DNA from: Octopus sinensis
Lineage: Eukaryota
NCBI RefSeq assembly: GCF_006345805.1
Contig: NC_043012.1
Span: 51,770,001 to 51,834,000, forward strand
DNA length: 64,000 nt
Direction of reading: 5' to 3'
The position numbers and the translations under genes were made by a program. The notes under the pieces are model-generated. The model saw nothing but the letters and a program-made list of their open reading frames with translations. It had not been told where the DNA came from and made no database searches. Below, piece after piece: positions 53,045 through 64,000 of this stretch (positions are counted from its first letter, which is position 1; the number at the start of each line of letters is the position of its first letter).

Positions 53045-53588
53045 GCATATATATACATGTGTGTATGCATGTTACTTTCTCACTCTTCCTCCCTCACTCT
53101 TGCACCCACTTATATAGATATATTAAATCTATACTCCATGTGAAAGTTATTTACATGTATACACAATTTTAATATAGATTTAAATTTTAATGCTTAAATA
53201 TATTTACTCTAATGAACGGTGAGTAGCCGACGAATCTAGTTTAATGTTCGCAAAGATTTTTGACTAGATAAAGTAATGCATTTTTTACACATGCGTAATC
53301 TGCCCTAGGTAAAGTTAAAAGGGGCACATGGTTTATGTTCATTGATGTATGTAAACATAACATTGCCACAGAGCCAACGAAGCCGGTGCAGTGGACTATG
53401 TCAAGAAAATGAGAGTTTGCCGTCACATTTCACTGCGCTGCTTGTTCCTGTTATTTGAAGTTGCCTTGCCAATATTGTTGTAATGCCAAGTATCATATGT
53501 CAGACAACAGATTTGTTTATATTTTTATGTATTTATTTACTTTATACTATTACTATTGCTATTGTTATTTTCTTCTTGTTTTTGCTCA

Positions 53589-53643
<55 letters not shown>

Positions 53644-53726
53644 GATTATTATTATTATTATCATTATTATTATTATCATCAATATTATTATTATTATTAT
53701 TATCATCATCATCATCATCATCATCA

Positions 53727-53781
<55 letters not shown>

Positions 53782-53786
53782 TATTA

Positions 53787-53850
<64 letters not shown>

Positions 53851-54405
53851 CATCATCATCATCATTGTACGACTGCTACGTGAATTATTCTCGAAATAGA
53901 ATATTTCTGCGAATAATAATTGTATACGAAGAAATATGAAAACAAAAAAAAATAAATAAATAAACATTCGTTAAGTAAAAAAAAAGCAAAAATTTAAAGA
54001 TTGTATACAAATTTTAAATGTAAACAAACCAAAAACAGTAATCATAATATCACCCGGTATTTCAGTTTCTTTTTAATTTTTCTGACAAAATAAAAACGTA
54101 AATTTTAACAAACCAATCTATTTGTTTCAGTGTGGATTTAGGTCAAGACGTGGAAAATAGTCTATGTTTGTTGACCCGATGCAGTTGTTCATTTCCGATA
54201 TTTACTAATGCTGTACGCAAATTAAATTCATTCGGTGTCGAATATTATGTTAACGCCGAGTTAAACTTTATGAAACATATGAAAAAATACTACCCACCAC
54301 GAGTCAGCATGCTGAAAAGAAAACCATTTTTATTTTATTGAATAGTGTTCATGAAACATAATAGAAAGAAACTCCACCCACGCATATGCATGTATATATG
54401 TATGT

Positions 54406-54457
<52 letters not shown>

Positions 54458-54509
54458 ATATATATATATATATATATGGATATATATATATATGGATATA
54501 TATATATGG

Positions 54510-54540
<31 letters not shown>

Positions 54541-54995
54541 TGTACATATATATATATATATATATACAAATAACTATATACATATATATACATATTTATG
54601 CATAAAATATATTATATTTAAATATACATATGCATGTATGTATATAGGTGTGTGTATGTGTATACTTGGATATTTTGGGCTAAAACAGAAATGCACATAA
54701 ACAAACACTCACACTCACACACATACAGACGAGCATGCAGACAGGCACACACACACGCTTTATATATATATATATATATATATCTATATATATATATATA
54801 TATATAATATATATATATGTAGAGAGATAGATAGAGTGAAAGAGGAGATGGATAGTGGATAACAGGAAAAAGATTGAACAGTATTCTACATTTCAAAATG
54901 CGTCAAGTATTTTAAACACATGTTTATACCCGTAGTACTTTGGTGAATAGTATAATTAACATATTATGTAATCATACATCAAAGTTGTTATACAT

Positions 54996-55860
54996 ATACA
55001 GGGTCCAGTGAACATATTGTCGTCAACGTTACGCAAAACTGAAAAATTACACTGACATCTCATTTTAACAGATATATTAACGAAAATTACGTAAGTATCT
55101 TGAAATAATATAGAGTAAACTTATTCAATGAAATCGCCGTTAGCTTCAAACAACGGGCTCCAGACAACTTCGGAATCCCCTACAACTCTCCTGGACGGTT
55201 TCCTCGTTGAAGTTGGTGAACGCTGCCATAATCCTTGCCTTCAGTTAATCTTTGGTGTTACAAGTAGCTTTCTTGGTCTCTCTCTCAACTGCACCCTATA
55301 CATAATAATCAAGGAAGTTGTAGTCTGGAGAGTTAGTGGCCAGAGGCCATGTAGTCGGAGAAATTGTCTGACGGCCATGACTGGGTTCTCCTGCTTGTGT
55401 GGCATGGTGCAAATACTGATGCCAGACACAGGACCTACCAGCTGCCACCCTCTTGACAGAGAGCAGTACTACCTCCTCCAGGCACTACTTGTAGGCCTCT
55501 GTGTTGAGTCTGAGGATGTATGAGAAGATGGAGGCATAACGTTGTCATCACTATGTGATCACTCCAAACACCATGATGTTAATTGCATGCCAGACTTTTA
55601 TCACCCTCGGTGCATGTCATTGGATTGGCAGCCATATTCTCTGAAATGTTTGCACTAGAGCTTGCGGTGCGAATGTCAAACAATATAGCATGTCGTTTCC
55701 AAATTCCGGGCAGAGGGAATCGCATTATGGTGCTGTTTTACTCACAAAGGGTGCCCAACTGACCCTACTATTTTGTGTAGTCGACTAAATCAAAAACAAA
55801 CAAGCGCATGGACTAAATCTCAAACTATAAAATGGCAGCAGTTTACCCATCACACATTTT
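54996..55860 (-). mobile_element. Internally deleted Tc1/mariner (DD37D maT-like) element
   Basis: Reverse complement INIMVFGVI..VMPP..LRLNTEAY..EEVVL..KRVAAGR..NSPDYNFLDYYV*GAVERET..LKARIMAAF..ANGDFIE*; terminal TACAGGGTCCAGTGAA near 54996 preceded by TA. Confidence 0.82.
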
Positions 55861-55883
55861 ATACACATACACACACACCACAC

Positions 55884-55934
<51 letters not shown>

Positions 55935-55936
<2 letters not shown>

Positions 55937-56340
55937 GCGCAGGAGTGGCTGTGTGGTAAGTAGCTTGCTTACCAGCCACATGGTTCCGGGTTCAGTCCCA
56001 CTGCATGGCATCTTGGCAAGTGTCTTCTTTATAGCCTCGGGCCGACCAAAGCCTTGTGAGTGGATTTGGTTGACGGAAACTGAAAGAAGCCTGCTGTATA
56101 CATGTATATATATATATATGTGTGTGTATGTTTGTGTGTCTGTGTTTGTCCCCCTAGCATTGCTTGACAACCGATGCTGGTGTGCTTACGTCGCCGTAAC
56201 TTAGCGGTTCAGCAAAATTGAGCGATAGAATAAGTACTGGGTTTACAAAGAATAAGTCCTGGGGTCGATTTGTTCGCCTAAAGGCGGTGCTCCAGCATGG
56301 CCGCAGTCAAAAAACTGAAACAAGTAAAAGAATAGAAAGA
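55935..56340 (+). mobile_element. SINE family A, well-preserved full-length copy
   Basis: GGCGCAGGAGTGGCTGTGTGGTAAG..GGTTCAGTCCC..CTTGGCAAGTGTCTT..(TA/TG)n..GGCGGTGCTCCAGCATGGCCGCAGTC..CTGAAACAAGTAAAAGAA. Confidence 0.9.
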
Positions 56341-56386
56341 TATATATATATATATATATATATATGATACATATATATATATATAA

Positions 56387-56421
<35 letters not shown>

Positions 56422-57128
56422 ATTATATATAATATATATACATACATAATATATATATATATATATATATTATATATAATATATATATATATAGTATATA
56501 TATATATACATATTATATATATATATATATATATGTATATTTATAGATTATAGATACATACATAAGCATACAACATACATACATACATACATACATACAA
56601 ATCCATACATACATACATACATACATAGTCAGACAGACAGACAGATAATAGATAGATAGACACGTACAAACATATATGTGTATCCATATCAAATTTAATA
56701 TACAAATAAAAGAGTTACTTTTAATGAGATGAGTTGCTCTGTATAAGAATGTTTGGATGGTTAAGTTCAGGCTTAAAAAGGAAAAGAAATATAAAGCGAT
56801 TATCTCCCTTATACCGGAAGAAATCGCATATTACCTCCCCCTGCCTGGAACTCCTCTTTGCACTGCATAACGAAGACATGACACGATGTATGTAAAGACA
56901 TCCAAGAAATTTGAAAAGTTAACAGGAAACCGGTAAATTCTCCAAAAACTATGTTGCTATATGCAAAATTTTATAACATTCTTCTAACATAACGACTTAA
57001 ATATATTCTTTAACCTTATGAAACAAGCCTTCTGTAGTTTTTCACTCTTTTCTATTTTCTATATATTCAACCACGTTCTTTCACACACCAACTTTCTCAC
57101 CTATATATATATATAGTCAAAAACAGTA

Positions 57129-57560
57129 GTGTACAAAGAAAGAAAATCTCGACGAATTCTGCAACCTTATTGTAAACGTCTCCAGCCACACCTTGCACAA
57201 ACAGAAATCATTTCAAACTTCAGTACCATCCGATGGAAAGAACTAACTGCACTACAAAACAATGGTGAAATAACAATGAAAGAAGTGGATAAAGGAAGTG
57301 CAGCAGTGGTAATGAATACATTTTACTACAATAATCTAGTAGTGTATATACTGAATAATGACGAACACAACGAAAACATCGATGATTACACCGCCTCACC
57401 ACCACCAAAACAAAAATAGTGTAAACCTCTTTTCAATAATAAATTTCCTCGAAAAAAAACTAACATATATGGAGCGATGTACATCAACAAAAAGATACAG
57501 TGAAATCTGGGCAAGTAGAGTTAGTAGATCCAGTGATAATCTGCGTGGATTTCTGATATA
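57129..57560 (+). mobile_element. Penelope-like RT N-terminal fragment
   Basis: NFSTIRWKELTALQNNGEITMKEVDKGSAAVVMN..YYNNLV.YILNN matches the PLE motif L.NN..I.IK.ADKG.AVV.MN...Y. Confidence 0.72.
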
Positions 57561-58160
57561 TGGATGAGGAGAGGTGGCTCCGCTTTGCAAGTTTATCGAA
57601 GAGGAAGTTCAGTCAGGATCAAATGGGGTTAACCATGTGTGCCTATGATATATAATAGAAATTCGCCATGTTGGACCGCTGAAATCTACCTGCTTAACAT
57701 AGAAAACGTTTCCATTTTTCACGAGCGTCAAACTAATAAACTTGCTTGTTCATACACCTGTCTTCATCGTTTGTTTTTCTATAAATATCAAATATATACG
57801 ATATGTATATATATATATATATATAGGGTAGGAAATTTTTACAAATTTCACTACCAGTGGCCTAGCATGTATAAAATTAATAGACGACATATTCAATATA
57901 AAATAACGTAAAAAAAAAGGCAAAAACAAAAAAAAGTTAAAAGTTTTCATTCCTTTTAAAATTGCTTAAATTTTGTGGTTTTCGGTCGTTTTTACTGTCT
58001 CCTAGCGTGTAGAAATTGCCTGTTATTGGTAATATCTGTTTGTGTTTAAATGTACATACACACACACGCACACACACACGCACACACACACGCACACACA
58101 CACGCGCACACACACACACACACACACACCACACACGCACTCCCATACGCACACACACAC

Positions 58161-58208
<48 letters not shown>

Positions 58209-59082
58209 GTGTGTGTTTGTGTATATATATATATAGCCATTGGTAACTTAGAAAGTTCATAACAATTATCAAATTCAAATAATTACTATTTTCCCTAACA
58301 CCTATAAACATGAAAATTAATCGCAGTAATTGTTTGCAATATATTGTGCATAAAACACAAAATACATACAAATTACAATTGCAAAATTAGACCTGCAGTC
58401 ATATTACAATGCTACGTTTTTAAATTCCTCAAATGTTTTATAAATATTGATATAAATGTGCCAGTACTAAAGAATGGGACATTCTTATTTATAGCCATAA
58501 TTTCTACGTATATCTAATTATATGCGAATACGTTTAAAAGTTTGTATTTGAATATGATTTCCAGATTTATTTTAGAGTATAAAGCTCTTAAAATATATCT
58601 TAATATATTTTTTTTCCTGAATATATTATAAAGTACAATTTTTGGTGCTTATATTCAAAATATTTACACATTAAGCGATTAGATATTATGCCAGCACAAC
58701 CTTTCGCTATTTATTCCAAAGAATGACAACGGAAATGTTGCACAAATTTTTCAATAATATAGTTACGTAAACTTTTATTGAAATTATTATTAGTTCAGTG
58801 TTGAAAACTGTTTTGCGAAGATAATGTTCCACTATATTTCACTTCTTTTATCTGAAAGGAGTTCCAAGCTGAGCTTTAGAATATACAGTCAATGGATGTC
58901 TTTACATTTTAAATGTGTCCGACATAATGTTGTCTCATACTGCGAATAGTCTGATGTGATGCTGAGTGCTGAGGAATCAATCTGATCACAAAGACATCAA
59001 CATTAGTCAGTTAGTCTCTCTTCACACACACACACACACACACACACACCACACACACACACATATATATATTATATATATA

Positions 59083-59128
<46 letters not shown>

Positions 59129-59213
59129 ATATATATCAATATATATATTATATATATATATATATATATAATTATATATATATATATATACATATATACA
59201 CATATACATATAT

Positions 59214-59263
<50 letters not shown>

Positions 59264-59329
59264 TACATATATTATATATATATATATACATAATATATAT
59301 ATATATATATATATATATAAGTATATATA

Positions 59330-59370
<41 letters not shown>

Positions 59371-59378
59371 CATATAAG

Positions 59379-59443
<65 letters not shown>

Positions 59444-59520
59444 GTACTTATATGTATGTATGTATGTATGTATATATAATATATATATATATATATAATA
59501 TATATATATTATATACATTG

Positions 59521-59990
59521 GCGCAGGAGTGGCTGTGTGGTGAGTGGCTATAGGCTCAGGAGTGGCTGTGGCGTATTTAGCTTCCATGCCAACCACATGG
59601 TTTCGGGTTCAGTCCCAATGCGTGGCACCTTCGCTAAATGTCATCTACTATAGCCTCGAACTGCCCAAAGACATATGAATTAATCTGGTAGGCAGAAACT
59701 AAATAGATCCTGTCGAATATATATATATGTGTGTATGTGTGTGTGTGTGCGTGTGTGTGTGTGTGTGTGTGAAACAGAGTGAGAGAGAGAGAGAGAGAGA
59801 GAGATTTTATGTGTTTGTGTTTCTCCCCCATCACTTGACAATCGATGTTGGTGTGTTTACATCGGCAAAATCGACCGATATAATAAGTAATAGGCATACA
59901 AAGTCTAAATCTTGGGGTTGATTATTTCGACGAAAAGTGGTGCACCAGCATGACCACAGTCAAATGACTGAAATAAATTAAAAAGAATAA
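59521..59990 (+). mobile_element. SINE family A copy with a duplicated head start
   Basis: GGCGCAGGAGTGGCTGTG...GGCTCAGGAGTGGCTGTGG; tail GTGGTGCACCAGCATGACCACAGTCAAATGACTGAAA. Confidence 0.8.
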
Positions 59991-60149
59991 ATATGCATAC
60001 ATATATATGAATGTGTATAAAATAGTATGCACGCGAGCGCGTATGGTGCATTTTTACCAGGTTTAGACAACAATTTACTTCGGATTATCACTGATGATCT
60101 TTAGCAACTTGCATCTCAATGTTATCTCATTAATTCGATACAACTTTTC

Positions 60150-61420
60150 CAAACACTTTAAACATAAATTGTTTATCTTTTTTCTTATTTAACAGCTGTA
60201 ATAATACATGGCAAAACTATCGTCATTAGAGCCATTTTATGAGAAAAGGAATGAGTACAAGAGAAGTAAAAGAAAATAAAGCTCTGCAAGAACCTGGAAC
60301 TCTCAACGAACGTGTGCCACAAAACTGTTTCAGACATGTCAGGAAGGTGACACCGGTTTCGAAGACAAACAAATATTATGAAGACCTCCTGCTGTGGAAG
60401 CTGTGACTTAGCTTAAAATGGTTTAACAAAAGTCATATGCAGGCTTACATCCACTGGTGACAGACCTTTGCCGCTTATAAAAACTAGCAATCGATACCTC
60501 CATAAGCTAGACTTTGTGAACAGATACTGTCAATGAGTTGTTCCTGAAGTAAATATTCTTTTCAACTCTAGTCACAAGGCCCCGATACTTTCGGGTAGGG
60601 GGCCAGTAGAATAGGTCGACCCCACTATGCAACTGGTACTTAATTTATCGACCACGGAAGTATGAAATGCGAAGTCGACCTCGGCGTAATTTGAGCACAG
60701 AACATAATGACAGACGGAAGTCGGGCGTGCAAACGTTTCTGCCAGCTCGCTGCCTTTCATGAAGTAAATAATGACCAGGCTCAACGACACGTGAACATTT
60801 AAAAATAACTGTTCTCAAATACTACAGTTGATCGTCTTTGTCGAATTATAGCTGGGCATGTAAAATGAATTTATTTTCGGAATTCTAAGGAGAATCAGTG
60901 GTTAGGTTCTGGCCAGGTTTTAGAACCTGTTGTCAACTAAGTAGGATTAGAATAGAGTTTGATGTGTTTGGTTCGAACAGTGTTAGGCTTGTTTTTTGAA
61001 ATTTAGAGTTGCTGCATTTTGAGCTTGTCTTCCATGGTCATACTGTGAACACTAACCTTAATACCCAAAAACTGGGGCGAGCATATGTTTTGAAGTCAAC
61101 TGAAGACTGGCACTCATACAATATAGCAATGCCCCATCACACACTACCAATATGACCAAGCGCAGGCTTTAGGAACTTGAAAGTCTGGAAATATTGACTA
61201 TCGATGCCTACACTCCAGATCACACACCATAAGATTACTACTATTTCCGAGTTATGGACCATTTTCTGTACCGAACGGAGGTTCAACGATGTGGTTGAAA
61301 TTTTGCCTGTAAAGCAAATGGTACAAGCGTTTATGGATATATGGGCAACGGACAATAAAATACGATGTGATATAAATGATTTTCGTATGTAATTATATAG
61401 AACTGCTAATCAGTTCCGGT
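60150..61420 (+). mobile_element. Decayed mariner (DD34D-like) transposase, interrupted by a family C SINE at about 60566-60760
   Basis: GTLNERVPQNCFRHVR.GDTGFEDK..RPP (HTH region); LLHFELVFHGHTVN; QYSNAPSHT..TK..L.EL; AYTPD.TP*DYYYFR (cf. PYSPDLAPSDYHLFR). Confidence 0.65.
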
Positions 61421-61560
61421 ATAATGTCTTGTATTGTTATTGAGAGAATTCAGTGTTCAGAGGGAGATCTACTTATTGTTGAGGAGTAGATTAGAGGTTT
61501 TAGGGAATAATGCAAGAAATGTAAGAAATTAAGGGAAAAGTGGAAGTTTTAGAACTTTGT

Positions 61561-61795
61561 ATATATGTGTGTGTGTGCGTGTGTGTCTGTGTGTCTGTGT
61601 TTGTCATGCCAACAGCGCTTGACAACCGATGTTGGTGTGTTTACGTCCCCGTAACTTAGTGGTTCGACATATGAGACCGATAGAATAAGTACTAGGCTTA
61701 CACAGAATAAGTCCTAGGGTCGATTATCTCGACTACATGCAGTGCGACAGCATGGCCACAGTCAAATGACTGAAACAAGTAAAAGAGTAAAAGAG
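61561..61795 (+). mobile_element. SINE family A 3' half
   Basis: TTGACAACCGATGTTGGTGTGTTTACGTCCCCGTAACTTAG...CAGCATGGCCACAGTCAAATGACTGAAACAAGTAAAAGAG. Confidence 0.85.
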
Positions 61796-63159
61796 CAATG
61801 AGTATACCACTCGTAAAATATATTTCTGAAATACAGAATGGTAACTTAGTTATATTTTATCAGTTATACGGTTCCTTAATATTGAAGAGGAACATGCTGC
61901 TTTGTAAGTAACCAATCACTTTCTGTTCATATTTATGTGAGCCATATGATCACAAGAAAGAACATATAGTCTATCTCCTTCAGTGCCTGATTCGTACTTA
62001 ATTTATCAATTCAGGATTTCTACATAATAACATGAGATGATAATAACAGAAGGCTAATTATATTAGTGTCACACTACAGTCTTAGATATTGTCACGATAA
62101 AGGACAAAAATGGCCGTAGCTGGAATTCCGTATTTAGGTCCGACTCGATCAGGTTTGATCAAGAGGAGCAAATTGCAACACCAGATAGGTACGTAATAAA
62201 ATCGAAGCCAGTTTTATTTGAATATTGAACGTAATATTAAGGATGTTTTTTTCTTCACCACCCTAAATATTTTGTCCATCTAGTACGCTCACACGTGATA
62301 TTGGCTTGAAATTATGGCACAAGGCCAGCAATAACAGTCGAACTTATTTTATCGACCCTAAAGGCAAAATCGACCTCGGCAGAATTTAAATTTGAAAGTA
62401 AAGACGGACGAAATTCTGGTATCTTCCCGGCGTGCTAAAGATTCTGTCAGCTAGCTATATAAAGCGCTCATGTAATATTAAACTCATTTCGTGGCTCACA
62501 GGTTCAGCTGAAATACACAGGTCAATGGTATTTTTTCCGATATGTGTTCTAAGAATCACTGGAGCTTCTCCAAAGCTAACTATGTTTGCTGTCTTTACAT
62601 CGTAGGATAATAGACAGCATATATTGTTATTGTGTAATAATGGCGGCCTTTCTTCTCACAAACATAGTTCTTCGAACGTAAGGACATTTCAAACTCAACA
62701 CCACACATCTAGTTTGCATGATTGGATAGTTAAGATGTTTTCTTCAATAGCATGATTCAGTTTTGATCCAACAACAACATTTGCGGAGGTGTTTCACTGT
62801 AGTTTCGGGTTATTCGAAACCTTACGAATATAATAGGTAGACAGAAATTGAGTGGGGGCTTGTCTGAAATTTGGTGTCCCCAATTCAAAAGCTTCGGTCT
62901 TGTCACTCGTTTAATCACAACTATTTTGCTTCAAGACTGCATTAAAAATATATTTCTCATTAGAATTATCAGTCACTTACAGGCTTTTATTTACTTTAAT
63001 TCGTAAAACAATGCAATGATATCTATTGCCTTCCATATTTAAAAGATTCAGATTGAGTGGGATTGCGAAGTCTTCTCTTATTGACTGGAATGTCGGTACA
63101 TACTTAACGTTGTATCTTCTTGTAGAATACGTTTAGTTTATATGAAAGCATAGAATATA

Positions 63160-63577
63160 TATTTCTTTACTACTCACAAGGGGCTAAACATAGAGGGGGC
63201 AAATAAAGACAGACAAAGTGATTTAGTCGATTACATTGACTCCAGTGCGAAACTGGTACTTTATTTATCGACCCCGAAAGGATGAAAGGCAAAGTCAACT
63301 TCGGCGAAATTTGAACTCAGAACGTAACGGCAGGCGAAATACCTATTTCTTTACTGCCCACAAGGTGCTAAACACAGAGGGTACAAACAAGGACAGACAA
63401 ACGGATTAAGTCGATTACATCGACCCAAGTGCGTAACTGGTACTTATTTAATCGACACCGAAAGGATGATAATCAAAGTCAACCTCTGTGGAATTTGAAC
63501 TCAGAACATAACGGCAGACGAAATACGTCTACGCATTTCGGCCGGCGTGCTAACGTTTCGGCCAGCTCGCCGCCTTC
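63160..63577 (-). mobile_element. SINE family C: one head plus two tandem body units
   Basis: Reverse complement GGCGGCGAGCTGGCCGAAACGTTAGCAC..GTTCTGAGTTCAAATTCC..CATCCTTTCGG.GTCGAT..AAGTACCAGTT..; the ~185-bp body repeats immediately. Confidence 0.85.
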
Positions 63578-64000
63578 AAAGCACAGAATATAGCAATTTA
63601 ACTAGTCAACATAGGAATTTGAGTAACTGCTCTCAAGAATGTTGTAAGCTGAACGAATAAAAGAAAGGAAGGAAGCAACGAAAGTAAAAAAATAATCTCT
63701 GAACAGGCAATTTAGTTGATTGGTTCACTGAACACACATCGTCGATAACGACAGAGATCCTTTTAGGCTGTTGCATAAAAGAATACATTGTTTGTCTGCT
63801 TTAAAGCTAGTGTAATTATTAACAGATTTAGATGGAGTGGAACATTTACAAATTCTATTCTTGGCTAGAAACAAATACAGACAGTGGTGGTTAGACAGGA
63901 AATACAGACGTCTCCAGCAGTAGGTCATCTTCATACAAGTTTGATCAGCTTCAATACTAAGATAGGTATATATCCCTCAAAGAAAAACATTGCACTACGT

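Noticed and set aside
53455-53967. Poly-Tyr/His, poly-Ile and poly-Met ORFs
   Set aside because: They are (TAT)n/(CAT)n trinucleotide arrays.
62086-62188. Open 103-nt AG...GT segment (DIVTIKDKNGRSWNSVFRSD...)
   Set aside because: No polypyrimidine tract, no recognisable homology and no partner exon.
63825-63915. LRR-like peptide LDGVEHLQILFLARNK after a possible acceptor
   Set aside because: Only one repeat, stops in all frames before the next plausible donor, and a similar pseudo-motif reads on the opposite strand.
1-64000. CRISPR arrays, rRNA genes, prokaryotic operons or defence systems
   Set aside because: No repeat-spacer arrays, rRNA similarity or gene-dense regions; the window is eukaryotic repetitive DNA.

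Overview
AT-rich eukaryotic DNA that is almost entirely repetitive. The mix of (AT)n/(TAGA)n/(CA)n microsatellites, tRNA-derived SINEs, CR1-, Tx1/L1- and Penelope-like retroelements and Tc1/mariner relics resembles an octopod cephalopod genome; this is an inference from recalled repeat families, not a database match. I cannot support any intact host protein-coding gene, and most long ORFs in the track are microsatellite artefacts. Highlights: (i) a dense Penelope-like element (PLE) cluster at 11.1-18.0 kb with inverted termini, plus eight type I hammerhead ribozyme (HHR) motifs across the window, most of them minimal and several degenerate; (ii) a 5'-truncated Tx1/L1 element sitting exactly inside a (GATA)n tract; (iii) a probably near-full-length CR1-type LINE with an apparent 5'-UTR intron and a Myb/SANT-like + CCCH ORF1; (iv) a LINE 3' stem-loop shared with the commonest SINE; (v) modular head/tail swapping among SINEs; (vi) an A-B-A direct-repeat unit carrying an HHR (retrozyme-like). 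Boundaries were read by eye and are approximate unless stated.
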